59,519 nucleotides of DNA, taken from NCBI GenBank assembly GCA_047920975.1, contig JBLRXC010000004.1, positions 1-59,519 on the forward strand, in the 5' to 3' direction. A program made the position numbers and the translations under genes. The notes under the pieces were generated by a model. The model saw only the letters and a program-made list of their open reading frames with translations, was not told the origin of the DNA and ran no database searches. Source of the stretch: Bacteroidales bacterium (GTDB lineage: Bacteria > Bacteroidota > Bacteroidia > Bacteroidales > JAADJA01). This document shows positions 29,954 through 39,169 of this stretch, in pieces. The stretch's first letter is position 1. The number at the start of each line of letters is the position of its first letter.

Positions 29954-31133
29954 TAAATCTCCTTTCCCTCCGTTTGAAGGCGGCCCGCTGGCGATGAATG
30001 CCAACATCCAAAGCCTGCTCAAGGCAGGCCATCAGGTAAAAGTACTTGCCCTCAATACAAATAAATATAAAATTGATCCAGCGAATATACCAGAAAGCTA
30101 TAGAAAACAAACCGGTATTGAACTGATTGACGTTGACCTCTCAGTTAAACCAACTGAGGCCTTCATTCATCTCTTTTCCGGTAAATCATACCATGTTGAA
30201 AGGTTTATTTCCGCTACATTCAGGGAAAGGCTGACTGAAGTTCTTACGTCTGAAAGATTCGATATCGTCCAGCTGGAGATGCTCTATATGACCCCTTATG
30301 CAGAACTGATCCGAAAACATTCAGATGCTGCAGTGGTCATGCGGTCGCATAATATTGAGCACCTCATCTGGGAGCGGATCGCACAGAAGACAAAAAATCC
30401 GGTAAAAAAAGCATACCTCAGCCACCTGGCCATGCAACTGAAAAAATATGAGCTAAGCCATCTGAACAGCTATGATGGTATTGCGGCAATCACCAGGCAT
30501 GATGCAGATTTTTTCAGAGAGCATGGATGCATAATCACCCTTACTGACATTCCCTTCGGGGTTGAAGTGGATAACTATCCCGTTACTGCAAACCACACAG
30601 GGACGCCTTCGCTTTTTCATCTCGGCTCCATGAACTGGATGCCCAATCTTGAAGGAGTAAACTGGTTTTTAAATGAAGCCTGGCCTCTGATTCATAAGCA
30701 AATACCTTCTCTCAAACTGCATTTAGCCGGCCGTGGAATGTCAGGGAAGTTACTTAATCTGAAACTACCCAATGTCGAAATGGTTGGCGAAGTTCCAGAT
30801 GCGCAGGCATTCATCGGGTCGCATACTGTTATGGTTGTTCCTCTTTTTTCAGGCAGCGGGATCAGAATCAAGATCATTGAGGGAATGGCGATGGGAAAAG
30901 CCATTATATCAACATCAATTGGTGCAGAAGGTATCCGTTATACCCATGGTAAAAATATCCTGATCGCCAACACGCCTGATGAATTTCTCGCCGCAGTTGC
31001 CAAATGCATTCAAAATCCTCAACTTTGTTCTTCTCTGGGACAAAATGCAAGGCGGTTGATTGAAGAAGAACACAGCCTTGAACAGGTGATTGCAAATCTG
31101 GAGAAATTCTACAGTCAGGTATTAAGAAAATAA
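29931..31133 (+). CDS. Glycosyltransferase family 4
   Basis: SHNIEHLIW, GSMNWMPN, PLFSGSGIRIKIIEGMAMG. Confidence 0.9.
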   Translation: MKVLFLCNKSPFPPFEGGPLAMNANIQSLLKAGHQVKVLALNTNKYKIDPANIPESYRKQTGIELIDVDLSVKPTEAFIHLFSGKSYHVERFISATFRERLTEVLTSERFDIVQLEMLYMTPYAELIRKHSDAAVVMRSHNIEHLIWERIAQKTKNPVKKAYLSHLAMQLKKYELSHLNSYDGIAAITRHDADFFREHGCIITLTDIPFGVEVDNYPVTANHTGTPSLFHLGSMNWMPNLEGVNWFLNEAWPLIHKQIPSLKLHLAGRGMSGKLLNLKLPNVEMVGEVPDAQAFIGSHTVMVVPLFSGSGIRIKIIEGMAMGKAIISTSIGAEGIRYTHGKNILIANTPDEFLAAVAKCIQNPQLCSSLGQNARRLIEEEHSLEQVIANLEKFYSQVLRK

Positions 31134-31172
31134 TTTACTTTTGGGCAGACAAACACAATGATTTAAGGCTGA

Positions 31173-32348
31173 ATGAAGATTTTTGTGCTGCTTTCCCGGT
31201 TTCCCTACCCTCTCGAAAAAGGTGATAAATTGAGAGCCTTTCATCAGATCAGGTGTCTTTCCGCTAATCATGAAATACATCTGTGTGCTTTGAATGATAC
31301 CAGCCTGAAACCTGAATATATCAGCGCCCTTCAGCCATATTGCCGGTCAGTAAATGTGATTGACCTTCCTTTCATGGGACGATTGTTCAATATTTTCCGT
31401 GCCTTCATCAATGGAAAGCCTTTCCAGGTGGGATATTTTTTCAATCCGGCTGCCAAAAAGAAAATTGAACAACTGATCAGGGATATCAGCCCGGATCATA
31501 TTTTTTGTCAATTGGTCAGGGTCACCGAATATGTCAAAACCCAACAGATACCCAAAACGCTTGATTATCAGGATGTGTTCTCCAAAGGAGCTGAAAGGCG
31601 CAGCAAGACGGCTTCATTTTACCTGAAACCGGTTTTAATCAGTGAATACAGGCGGTTGCTGAAGTACGAACATGACATATTCAGTGCATTCGATCATAAA
31701 ACCATCATCTCTGTACCCGACCGTGACCTCATCCCCCACCCTGACAATGAGAAGATAGTGGTAGTGATGAACGGGGTGGATACCGATTTTTTCAAGCCAT
31801 TGTCCGTGGATAAAAGGTATGACCTTGTTTTTACAGGAAATATGGGCTATCCGCCCAATGTGCATGCTGCAGAATTCCTTGTAAAAAAAATTCTTCCCCT
31901 GGTTCATCAAAAAAAACCCGGTACAAATGTTTTACTGGCCGGGGCAACACCGCATAACAATGTGAAAGCATTGGCCGGCAAGTGGGTAACAGTGACAGGC
32001 TGGGTAGATGATATTCGTTTGTGTTACGCCCAGGCCAGGGTATTTATTGCTCCCATGCAGATCGGCACGGGGCTTCAAAACAAACTCCTGGAAGCCATGG
32101 CCATGAGAATCCCATCCATTACTTCTGACCTCGCCAACAGCGCATTGAATGCAACCCACGGCAAGGACATTCTGGTTGGAAAGAATGCCGGAGAATTTGC
32201 TGAACACATCCTGAACCTGCTTGCAGATGAGAAACTTGCAGCCTCTGTTGCGGCGCAGGGATATGCTTTTGTTCACAACCATTACAACTGGCAGGCTGCC
32301 ACCAGAAATCTCGAAATCCTCATGGAACAACCTGATGCAAACAGATGA
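31173..32348 (+). CDS. Glycosyltransferase family 4
   Basis: RFPYPLEKGDKLR, FTGNMGYPPN, APMQIGTGLQNKLLEAMAM. Confidence 0.9.
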   Translation: MKIFVLLSRFPYPLEKGDKLRAFHQIRCLSANHEIHLCALNDTSLKPEYISALQPYCRSVNVIDLPFMGRLFNIFRAFINGKPFQVGYFFNPAAKKKIEQLIRDISPDHIFCQLVRVTEYVKTQQIPKTLDYQDVFSKGAERRSKTASFYLKPVLISEYRRLLKYEHDIFSAFDHKTIISVPDRDLIPHPDNEKIVVVMNGVDTDFFKPLSVDKRYDLVFTGNMGYPPNVHAAEFLVKKILPLVHQKKPGTNVLLAGATPHNNVKALAGKWVTVTGWVDDIRLCYAQARVFIAPMQIGTGLQNKLLEAMAMRIPSITSDLANSALNATHGKDILVGKNAGEFAEHILNLLADEKLAASVAAQGYAFVHNHYNWQAATRNLEILMEQPDANR

Positions 32349-32824
32349 AAAAGATTGATTCATCATTGTTGAAAAGCCTGATGGTAAAATCCAGGCAGAT
32401 GGAAAGGAGAAGGATCAATCTCAATTTTCATGATGGCAGTGCCGATCCCCTGCAAAGGATGCTCAATGCGATGCAACCCGGCACTTACCTGCAACCGCAT
32501 AAGCACGAAAACCCTGATAAAAGGGAGGTTTTTATTGCGCTCACCGGCCGCTTCGTGGTCATTGTTTTCGACGATGATGGGCTGATTACTGACCACATGA
32601 TTCTTGATCCGGTGAAAAATAACCCGGCCGCAGAAATCGCCGCACGGGTTTACCATACCATCATCTGCCTCCAACCCGACTCTGTAATCTACGAGATAAA
32701 AGATGGCCCTTACGACCCTGCTGATGACAAGCAGTTCGCCACCTGGGCACCTCAGGAAGGTCACCCTCTTTGCAATCAATTTCTTGAAAAATGGCTCAGC
32801 CAGATTAACATCAACTTTCCCTGA
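32345..32824 (+). CDS. WbuC family cupin-fold metalloprotein
   Basis: RRRINLNFH, LQRMLNAMQPGTYLQPHKH, YHT, EIKDGPY. Confidence 0.88.
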   Translation: MKKIDSSLLKSLMVKSRQMERRRINLNFHDGSADPLQRMLNAMQPGTYLQPHKHENPDKREVFIALTGRFVVIVFDDDGLITDHMILDPVKNNPAAEIAARVYHTIICLQPDSVIYEIKDGPYDPADDKQFATWAPQEGHPLCNQFLEKWLSQININFP

Positions 32825-32878
32825 TCAGATTATTCAACTATTTTTGTCCCTTTCATCCATCTTTTGAAACAAGGTAAA

Positions 32879-34246
32879 ATGATTCAAAAACCATCTATAC
32901 CTAAAGGTACCCGCGATTTTTCACCTGATGAAATGGTGAAACGCAATTTTATCTTTGACACCATCCGGTCTGTTTTCAGCTTGTTCGGATACCAGCCGAT
33001 CGAAACGCCCGCCATGGAAAACCTCTCAACATTGACTGGCAAATATAGTGATGAGGGGGATAAGCTGTTGTTCAAAATCCTGAACTCCGGGGACTATCTT
33101 GAAAAAATACCAGCATCAAAATTCCAAAGGCCTTCGGTGAATGAAATAACAGGTTTTATTTCAGATAAGGGCTTACGGTACGATCTCACAGTTCCCTTCG
33201 CCCGGTTTGTGGTTCAGAACAGAAATGAGATCACCTTTCCATTTAAACGTTATCAGATCCAACCGGTCTGGCGTGCCGACAAACCCCAGAAAGGACGCTA
33301 CCGTGAATTTTTTCAGTGTGATGTGGACGTTATCGGAAGTAATTCGTTGCTGAATGAAGTGGAGCTTGTTCAGATCATCGATGCAGTATTCAAACGCCTG
33401 AAGGTTAAAAATATCATCAAAATCAACAACAGAAAAGTATTGCAGGGAATTGCGGAATATATCGGTGAATCGGATAAATTCACCGGCATTACTGTGGCCA
33501 TTGACAAGCTGGAGAAGACTGGTACAGATGCTGTAGAAAATGAACTACTGCAAGGGGGATTAAAACCAGATGCGGTAAAGAAACTTACCGACATTCTGAA
33601 ATTTGAGGGTAGCAATGAGACCAAAATTGAATTTCTGACCAGATTGCTTGAACCTTCGGCCATAGGAAGCAAAGGAATGTCAGAGGTATCACAAGTATTT
33701 GATCTGCTGAAAAATTTTGATATACAATCTAAAATGGTGTTCGACACTACCCTGGCACGTGGGTTAAACTATTACACAGGGGCCATTTTCGAAGTGGCAT
33801 CTTCTGATGTTAAGATTGGTAGCATTTGTGGAGGCGGCCGGTACGACGACCTGACGGGAATTTTTGGATTGCCGGATGTCTCTGGTGTCGGGGTCTCTTT
33901 TGGTGCCGACAGGATTTTTGATGTCATGTCGGAACTGAGTCTTTTTCCGGCTGAAACTGAATCCATGACAAAAGTATTCCTGGTTAATTTCGGAGAAAAA
34001 GAGCAATATTATTGTCTTCAACTTCTTACTGAATTGCGGAAGGCGGGTATTAACTCGGAAATCTATCCGGAATCTGCAAAAATGAAAAAGCAGATGACCT
34101 ATGCCAACAACAAGAAAATTCCTTTTGTCATGCTGATCGGTGAAAATGAAATGGCTGCAGGAACAATCACTGTTAAAAACATGGAAACCGGCATCCAGAC
34201 AAGCTATACCAATTTAAACCAGTTCATCTCCTCCATTGCAAAATAA
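32879..34246 (+). CDS. hisS: Histidine--tRNA ligase
   Basis: [55 protein letters not shown]. Confidence 0.98.
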   Translation: MIQKPSIPKGTRDFSPDEMVKRNFIFDTIRSVFSLFGYQPIETPAMENLSTLTGKYSDEGDKLLFKILNSGDYLEKIPASKFQRPSVNEITGFISDKGLRYDLTVPFARFVVQNRNEITFPFKRYQIQPVWRADKPQKGRYREFFQCDVDVIGSNSLLNEVELVQIIDAVFKRLKVKNIIKINNRKVLQGIAEYIGESDKFTGITVAIDKLEKTGTDAVENELLQGGLKPDAVKKLTDILKFEGSNETKIEFLTRLLEPSAIGSKGMSEVSQVFDLLKNFDIQSKMVFDTTLARGLNYYTGAIFEVASSDVKIGSICGGGRYDDLTGIFGLPDVSGVGVSFGADRIFDVMSELSLFPAETESMTKVFLVNFGEKEQYYCLQLLTELRKAGINSEIYPESAKMKKQMTYANNKKIPFVMLIGENEMAAGTITVKNMETGIQTSYTNLNQFISSIAK

Positions 34247-34247
34247 A

Positions 34248-35774
34248 ATGATACCCATCCATTCCATAACCACCGGATTACTCAACTTCGAGGACATTAA
34301 CCAGATCATAATACAGGATAAGAAACTCGAACTTTCTGAGGAGGTCTCTGAAAAGATCAACCGCTGCCGTGCGTATCTTGATCAAAAAATGGAATCGAAC
34401 ACTGAGCCCATTTATGGAATCAACACAGGGTTTGGCGCCTTATATGACAAAACCATTCCAAATGATGAACTAAGCACTTTACAGCGAAATCTTGTGATGT
34501 CGCATGCCTGTGGCACCGGTGACGAGGTTCCCCTTGAAGTTGTGAAACTCATGCTTCTGTTAAAGGTGCAATCTCTGGCTTATGGTCATTCCGGAGTTCA
34601 ATTGCTCACTGTTCAGCGCCTTGTGGATTTCTACAATCACCATGTTATACCTGTGGTTTACCAGTTGGGATCACTGGGTGCCTCGGGAGATCTTGCACCA
34701 CTTGCCCACCTTTCACTACCGATTCTTGGTTTGGGTGAGGTATACTATCAGGGCGAAAAAAGAGATGCCGGAGAAGTCCTGACTGAGTTGAACTGGCAAC
34801 CTGTGGCACTAAAATCGAAGGCTGGCCTGGCGCTCCTCAACGGAACCCAGTTTATGAGCGCCTATGGGGTATATTGCTGCCTCAGAATTTTCAAATTGTC
34901 GCGCCTGGCCGATATCATTGGGGCCATCTCCCTGGATGCTTTCGATGGCAGGATTGAGCCTTTCCACCCCCTGATTCAGTCAGTTCGTCCCCATAAAGGG
35001 CAGATCAAAACAGCATTCAGAATCAATAACCTGCTTGAAGGCAGTGAAATCATCAGCCGGAAAAAGAAGCATGTGCAGGACCCTTACTCATTCCGGTGCA
35101 TTCCACAGGTGCATGGTGCTTCCAAAGACTCGATCAATTATGTAGCTTACGTATTCAGGAAAGAGATCAATTCTGTAACTGACAACCCCACCATTTTCCC
35201 TGACCAGGACCTGATCATCTCGGCAGGAAATTTCCACGGTCAACCACTGGCCCTGGCACTTGACAACCTGAGCATTGCCATGGCTGAGCTTGGCAATATT
35301 TCTGAAAGGCGAACCTATCAGTTACTATCAGGAGCAAGAGGCTTGCCACCCTTCCTTGTAGCTAACCCGGGACTAAATTCAGGTTTTATGATCCCGCAAT
35401 ACACCGCTGCATCCATTGTCAATCAAAATAAGATTCTCTGCACACCGGCTTCGGTTGATTCCATTGAATCCTCCAAAGGACAGGAAGATCACGTAAGTAT
35501 GGGCGCCAATGCTGCAACAAAAGCTTACCGTATCATGGAAAACCTGGAACGAATCCTTGCCATTGAACTCTACACGGCTGCGCAGGCACTTGAATTCAGG
35601 CGATCTTTAAAAACATCGCCGGTCCTTGAAGATTTCATTACTCAATACAGGCGTCACGTTGCTTTTGTCAGGGAGGACCAGGTGATGTACCAGGATATTC
35701 AGGCATCTGTTGATTTTCTTAAAAATATTGAACCGGTGTTGCCCGGGGAAGACACCGGGAAATTTCAACTTTAA
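34248..35774 (+). CDS. hutH: Histidine ammonia-lyase
   Basis: YGINTGFG, NLVMSHACG (His-specific SH), MIO GASGDLAPLAH, QDPYSFRCIPQV, GNFHG, QEDHVSM. Confidence 0.95.
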   Translation: MIPIHSITTGLLNFEDINQIIIQDKKLELSEEVSEKINRCRAYLDQKMESNTEPIYGINTGFGALYDKTIPNDELSTLQRNLVMSHACGTGDEVPLEVVKLMLLLKVQSLAYGHSGVQLLTVQRLVDFYNHHVIPVVYQLGSLGASGDLAPLAHLSLPILGLGEVYYQGEKRDAGEVLTELNWQPVALKSKAGLALLNGTQFMSAYGVYCCLRIFKLSRLADIIGAISLDAFDGRIEPFHPLIQSVRPHKGQIKTAFRINNLLEGSEIISRKKKHVQDPYSFRCIPQVHGASKDSINYVAYVFRKEINSVTDNPTIFPDQDLIISAGNFHGQPLALALDNLSIAMAELGNISERRTYQLLSGARGLPPFLVANPGLNSGFMIPQYTAASIVNQNKILCTPASVDSIESSKGQEDHVSMGANAATKAYRIMENLERILAIELYTAAQALEFRRSLKTSPVLEDFITQYRRHVAFVREDQVMYQDIQASVDFLKNIEPVLPGEDTGKFQL

Positions 35775-36097
35775 AATACCATTGCATAATATCTCTGAAT
35801 CGCTTGCTCCAATTCAGCGATTGAAACAAATTTACTGAACCGTCTAAATTCTTTCCCTTCGAAAAAAACAAGAATAGTTGGGCTGGCAAAAACACCCCAT
35901 ACAGCAGGCAAGTTTGGATAATCCTTTGCATTGACCCAGACCAGTTCCATTTTGGGAAACTTCTCTTTCACCATGGATTCAACCTTTGGCCGGAGACTGA
36001 CGCAGGGTAAACACCTGTCATCATAAAAATAAATCAGCATGCCAGGATTTGAAGAGATGGCCTTGCTGAGCGCTTCAGCTGTACTCAAAAAAATCAT
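35771..36097 (-). CDS. Thioredoxin-like protein
   Basis: CxxC (CLPC), cis-Pro region VFASPTILVFFEGKE. Its stop overlaps the convergent hutH stop (TTAA 35771-35774). Confidence 0.85.
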   Translation of the reverse strand: MIFLSTAEALSKAISSNPGMLIYFYDDRCLPCVSLRPKVESMVKEKFPKMELVWVNAKDYPNLPAVWGVFASPTILVFFEGKEFRRFSKFVSIAELEQAIQRYYAMVF

Positions 36098-36212
36098 TTC
36101 CTACAATTATATTTTTTTGTTTTTTCGCCGGAATCAAATTTTTATAATTTTATCGGTTCAATTGACAGGGCAAAATTAGTCTGAAAGATTGGTCTTTTAA
36201 CATTTGCTATTT

Positions 36213-36424
36213 GAGCTGAGGGCTGAGAGCGGAGGGCGGAGAGATTAGAGCGTCAGGTCAGTTGGCAGTGGGCAGTGGGCAGTTGGCAGTGGTTAAATGG
36301 TTAAATGGTTGAATGGTTGAATTGTTAAATTGCTAAATTGTTTCGGAACATGCTAAAGGCCAGGATCAAAAGGCCAAGGGCATGATGAAACTGAGAACTG
36401 AGAACTAAATATCGAACATCAAAC
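36213..36424 (+). repeat. Stack of several different 7-8 bp degenerate tandem arrays
   Basis: G(A/G)GC(T/G)GA about 6x, CAGT(T/G)GG 5x, TT(A/G)AAT(G/T)G about 6x, AGGCCA-like about 3x, GAGAACT 3x, ATC(G/A)AAC 2x. Confidence 0.9.
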
Positions 36425-36436
36425 TCATCATATACA

Positions 36437-37960
36437 ATGAGATATATAATAAAAGGAGAGGGCTTAACCATTGAAGACGTGGTGCGCGTTGCCCGGCATC
36501 ATCAACAGGTTGAACTGCACCCGGCAGCTCTTGAAAGAATCAGGAAATGCAGGGCCATGCTTGAAAAAAAGATTGAGAAAAAAGAGATCATGTACGGTGT
36601 GAATACCGGCATTGGTGAATTTTCGGAGGTGGTGCTGAACGATGATCAGGTAAAGGATTTCCAGAAGTATCTTATCTACAATCACGCTGCCGGCATCGGT
36701 GATCCTATGCCGGAAGAATGGGTGCGCGGAGCCATGCTTGGCCGGATCAACGTCCATGCCCATGGAAACTCCGGTGTACGGCCCGAAATCACTCAAACCC
36801 TTGTGGATATGCTTAACAAGGGAGTAACACCCTGGGTTTGTAAAAAGGGTTCAGTAGGTGCCTGCGGTGATCTGGCACCCATGTCCCAAATTGCGTTGCT
36901 GATGATGGGTGAAGGGAAGGCATACTTCAATGGAGAATTGCTGGCGGGTAAAGAAGCGCTTGACCGGGCTGGTATACCTGTTCCCGGATTAAAGGCACGA
37001 GACGGACTGGCCACAATTAACGGCTCAAATGTTTTAACCGCCATGAGCGCCATTTTCTTATATGATGCCAACCGCTGGCTTAAACAGGCTGAAATTGGAG
37101 CAGCCATGTCGCTTGAGGCATTGAAGGCAAACATGCGCCCTTATACTTCCAAATTGCATGAGGTAAGAGGATTCAGTGGAGCCGTAAGGAGTGCCCGGGC
37201 TATCAATAAACTTGTTGATGGAGGGGATTTGAAAGAGGGGCGTGTGAAATGCAAGGTTCAGGATGCCTATTCCATGCGCTCAACGCCACAGGTCATCGGG
37301 GCTGCCCACGATGCTTTGGCCTGGGCACGATCACAGGTTGAGATTGAACTAAATGGTGTGGGGGACAACCCTGTATTTTTTCCTGATGAAGACCTTCAGC
37401 TGTCAGGAGCTAATTTTCAGGGGTCTCCGGTGGCGCTGCCTATGGATATGGCTGGAACAGCCATTACGATGGTCAGTATTTTGTCGGAACGCAGGATGAA
37501 CCGGCTGAATAATCCGGCACTGAGTGTTGGTCTACCGGCTTTTCTCACCAAAGGCGCCGGCATGTTCTCAGGACTTATGCTCAGTCAATACACCGCCGAT
37601 ACACTCATTGTGGAACAACGCATTCTTTCGGCACCGGCTTCCATTCAATCCATTCCGGCAGCTGCCGACCAGGAAGATTTCGTTTCGATGGGGATGAATA
37701 CCGCCCTTAAAAATTTCGACATTCTTGACAATGCTTATGGGATTCTTGGCATTGAACTCATGGCAGCAGCTCAGGCACTTGATTTCAGGGAGTATTCATT
37801 CGGCAAAGGCGTCTCAAAAGCCAGAGAGGTAATCCGCAGATATGTCGAATTCCTTGATGTTGACCGTCCCCTCTATGATGATCATAACGCAATGAAGGCG
37901 CTGGTTGAATCATGTGAGATCCTTGAGGAGGTCGAAAAAATAACCGGAAGCCTGGAATAA
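36437..37960 (+). CDS. MIO-family aromatic amino acid ammonia-lyase/aminomutase homolog with an Ala-Cys-Gly motif; substrate unknown
   Basis: MYGVNTGIG, YLIYNHAAG, GSVGACGDLAPMSQ, QDAYSMRSTPQV, ANFQG, DQEDFVSMG. Confidence 0.9.
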   Translation: MRYIIKGEGLTIEDVVRVARHHQQVELHPAALERIRKCRAMLEKKIEKKEIMYGVNTGIGEFSEVVLNDDQVKDFQKYLIYNHAAGIGDPMPEEWVRGAMLGRINVHAHGNSGVRPEITQTLVDMLNKGVTPWVCKKGSVGACGDLAPMSQIALLMMGEGKAYFNGELLAGKEALDRAGIPVPGLKARDGLATINGSNVLTAMSAIFLYDANRWLKQAEIGAAMSLEALKANMRPYTSKLHEVRGFSGAVRSARAINKLVDGGDLKEGRVKCKVQDAYSMRSTPQVIGAAHDALAWARSQVEIELNGVGDNPVFFPDEDLQLSGANFQGSPVALPMDMAGTAITMVSILSERRMNRLNNPALSVGLPAFLTKGAGMFSGLMLSQYTADTLIVEQRILSAPASIQSIPAAADQEDFVSMGMNTALKNFDILDNAYGILGIELMAAAQALDFREYSFGKGVSKAREVIRRYVEFLDVDRPLYDDHNAMKALVESCEILEEVEKITGSLE

Positions 37961-37971
37961 AAACACTAGCA

Positions 37972-38397
37972 ATGGAACATGAATCCATCTCTGATCAAAG
38001 GGCTGAAAGGCCGGAACTTCTAAAAATCCTTTGTATTCTGTCATTCATTGGCAGCGGTTTATCTGCTGTTTCCAATCTTGTAATATGGCTCACATTCAAT
38101 CAATTGGACCTGGTGATTGAGGACATGATTACAAATTTCCCGGAACTGGAGACCATCCTGTCGGGAGGAAAAGGATTTTTTATTTCCGGATTTGTGCTCT
38201 ATTCCATTTCCCTGTTTGGTGTTTTGCAAATGTGGAAACTAAAAAAGATAGGTTTTCACTATTACACCGGCGCTCAGATTTTTATTCTGTTGCTGCCTGT
38301 CATCACCATTGAATCATTCCAGGTGCCTATCCTGAGCATCATACTTACCCTGGCTTTCATCCTTGCTTATTCAAGCCAGTTAAAATTTATGCGATGA
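37972..38397 (+). CDS. Small four-TM membrane protein
   Basis: RPELLKILCILSFIGSG...MWKLKKIGFHYY; four hydrophobic segments. Confidence 0.8.
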   Translation: MEHESISDQRAERPELLKILCILSFIGSGLSAVSNLVIWLTFNQLDLVIEDMITNFPELETILSGGKGFFISGFVLYSISLFGVLQMWKLKKIGFHYYTGAQIFILLLPVITIESFQVPILSIILTLAFILAYSSQLKFMR

Positions 38398-38831
38398 CCG
38401 ACAATACACAACCGGAAACAAAGCTACCTGAGCCTGAAAGCAGAAAAACACGCTATCCCAGGCCGGTTTTATTTTCAGCCATCTGCGGAGCTGCGCTCAT
38501 TTATTCTTTTCTAATGGTCATGCTTTTTCTGGCCGGTTTGATAAAAAACAGATGGTTAACCCATGTACTGACTGATTTTTTTCCTGACCGGCTGTTCACC
38601 TATTCCGGAACACTCTATATCACCATCACAGGGCTGACGGTCCATCTCCTATCCATGACCGGCCTCATATTGCTTATCCGGCTTCGCCGTGCCGGCTTTT
38701 ATATCTTCGGTGCAGCCATTGTTCTGATAATTACAATACCTTATATATTCGGTTCCGGCCACTGGTTAAGCAGTATTATATTTGCGTCTATGCTGATTCT
38801 GGTCAGTTTTTTTTTCAAAAAATTAAAATAG
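38394..38831 (+). CDS. Small four-TM membrane protein, probable paralog of the upstream gene
   Basis: RPVLFSAICGAALI...LIRLRRAGFYIF; ATGA overlap with the upstream gene. Confidence 0.75.
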   Translation: MTDNTQPETKLPEPESRKTRYPRPVLFSAICGAALIYSFLMVMLFLAGLIKNRWLTHVLTDFFPDRLFTYSGTLYITITGLTVHLLSMTGLILLIRLRRAGFYIFGAAIVLIITIPYIFGSGHWLSSIIFASMLILVSFFFKKLK

Positions 38832-39169
38832 TTGGCACTACCACAGAATTTTTCTTAACTTTGTTTGATAGAAAGTAAACATTTAAGAAACAATACTGAC
38901 AACAATTTATACATAAAGCATTATAAATTAAATATTTATATTTTTACGCCTGTTAATTATTAAGAATTAATTGTTAATTATATCTTAATTTTTTTTTGCT
39001 CAGTTCAAAACATAATGTTTATTTTCGCTTGACTATAAGGATTATTTCAGTTTCAAATGAAAGCAAAAGCCTTATTTATGCAAAGAGAAGAGACTCACCC
39101 ATTGATTTCGCACAGAAATTTTTCGAATAGTTACTTGTTCAATAATTACTAATTTAAATTAATTATGTT

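Noticed and set aside
36213-36424. CRISPR array or short coding region
   Set aside because: Units are 7-8 bp and directly tandem with no spacers, there are no cas genes, and there is no credible ORF.
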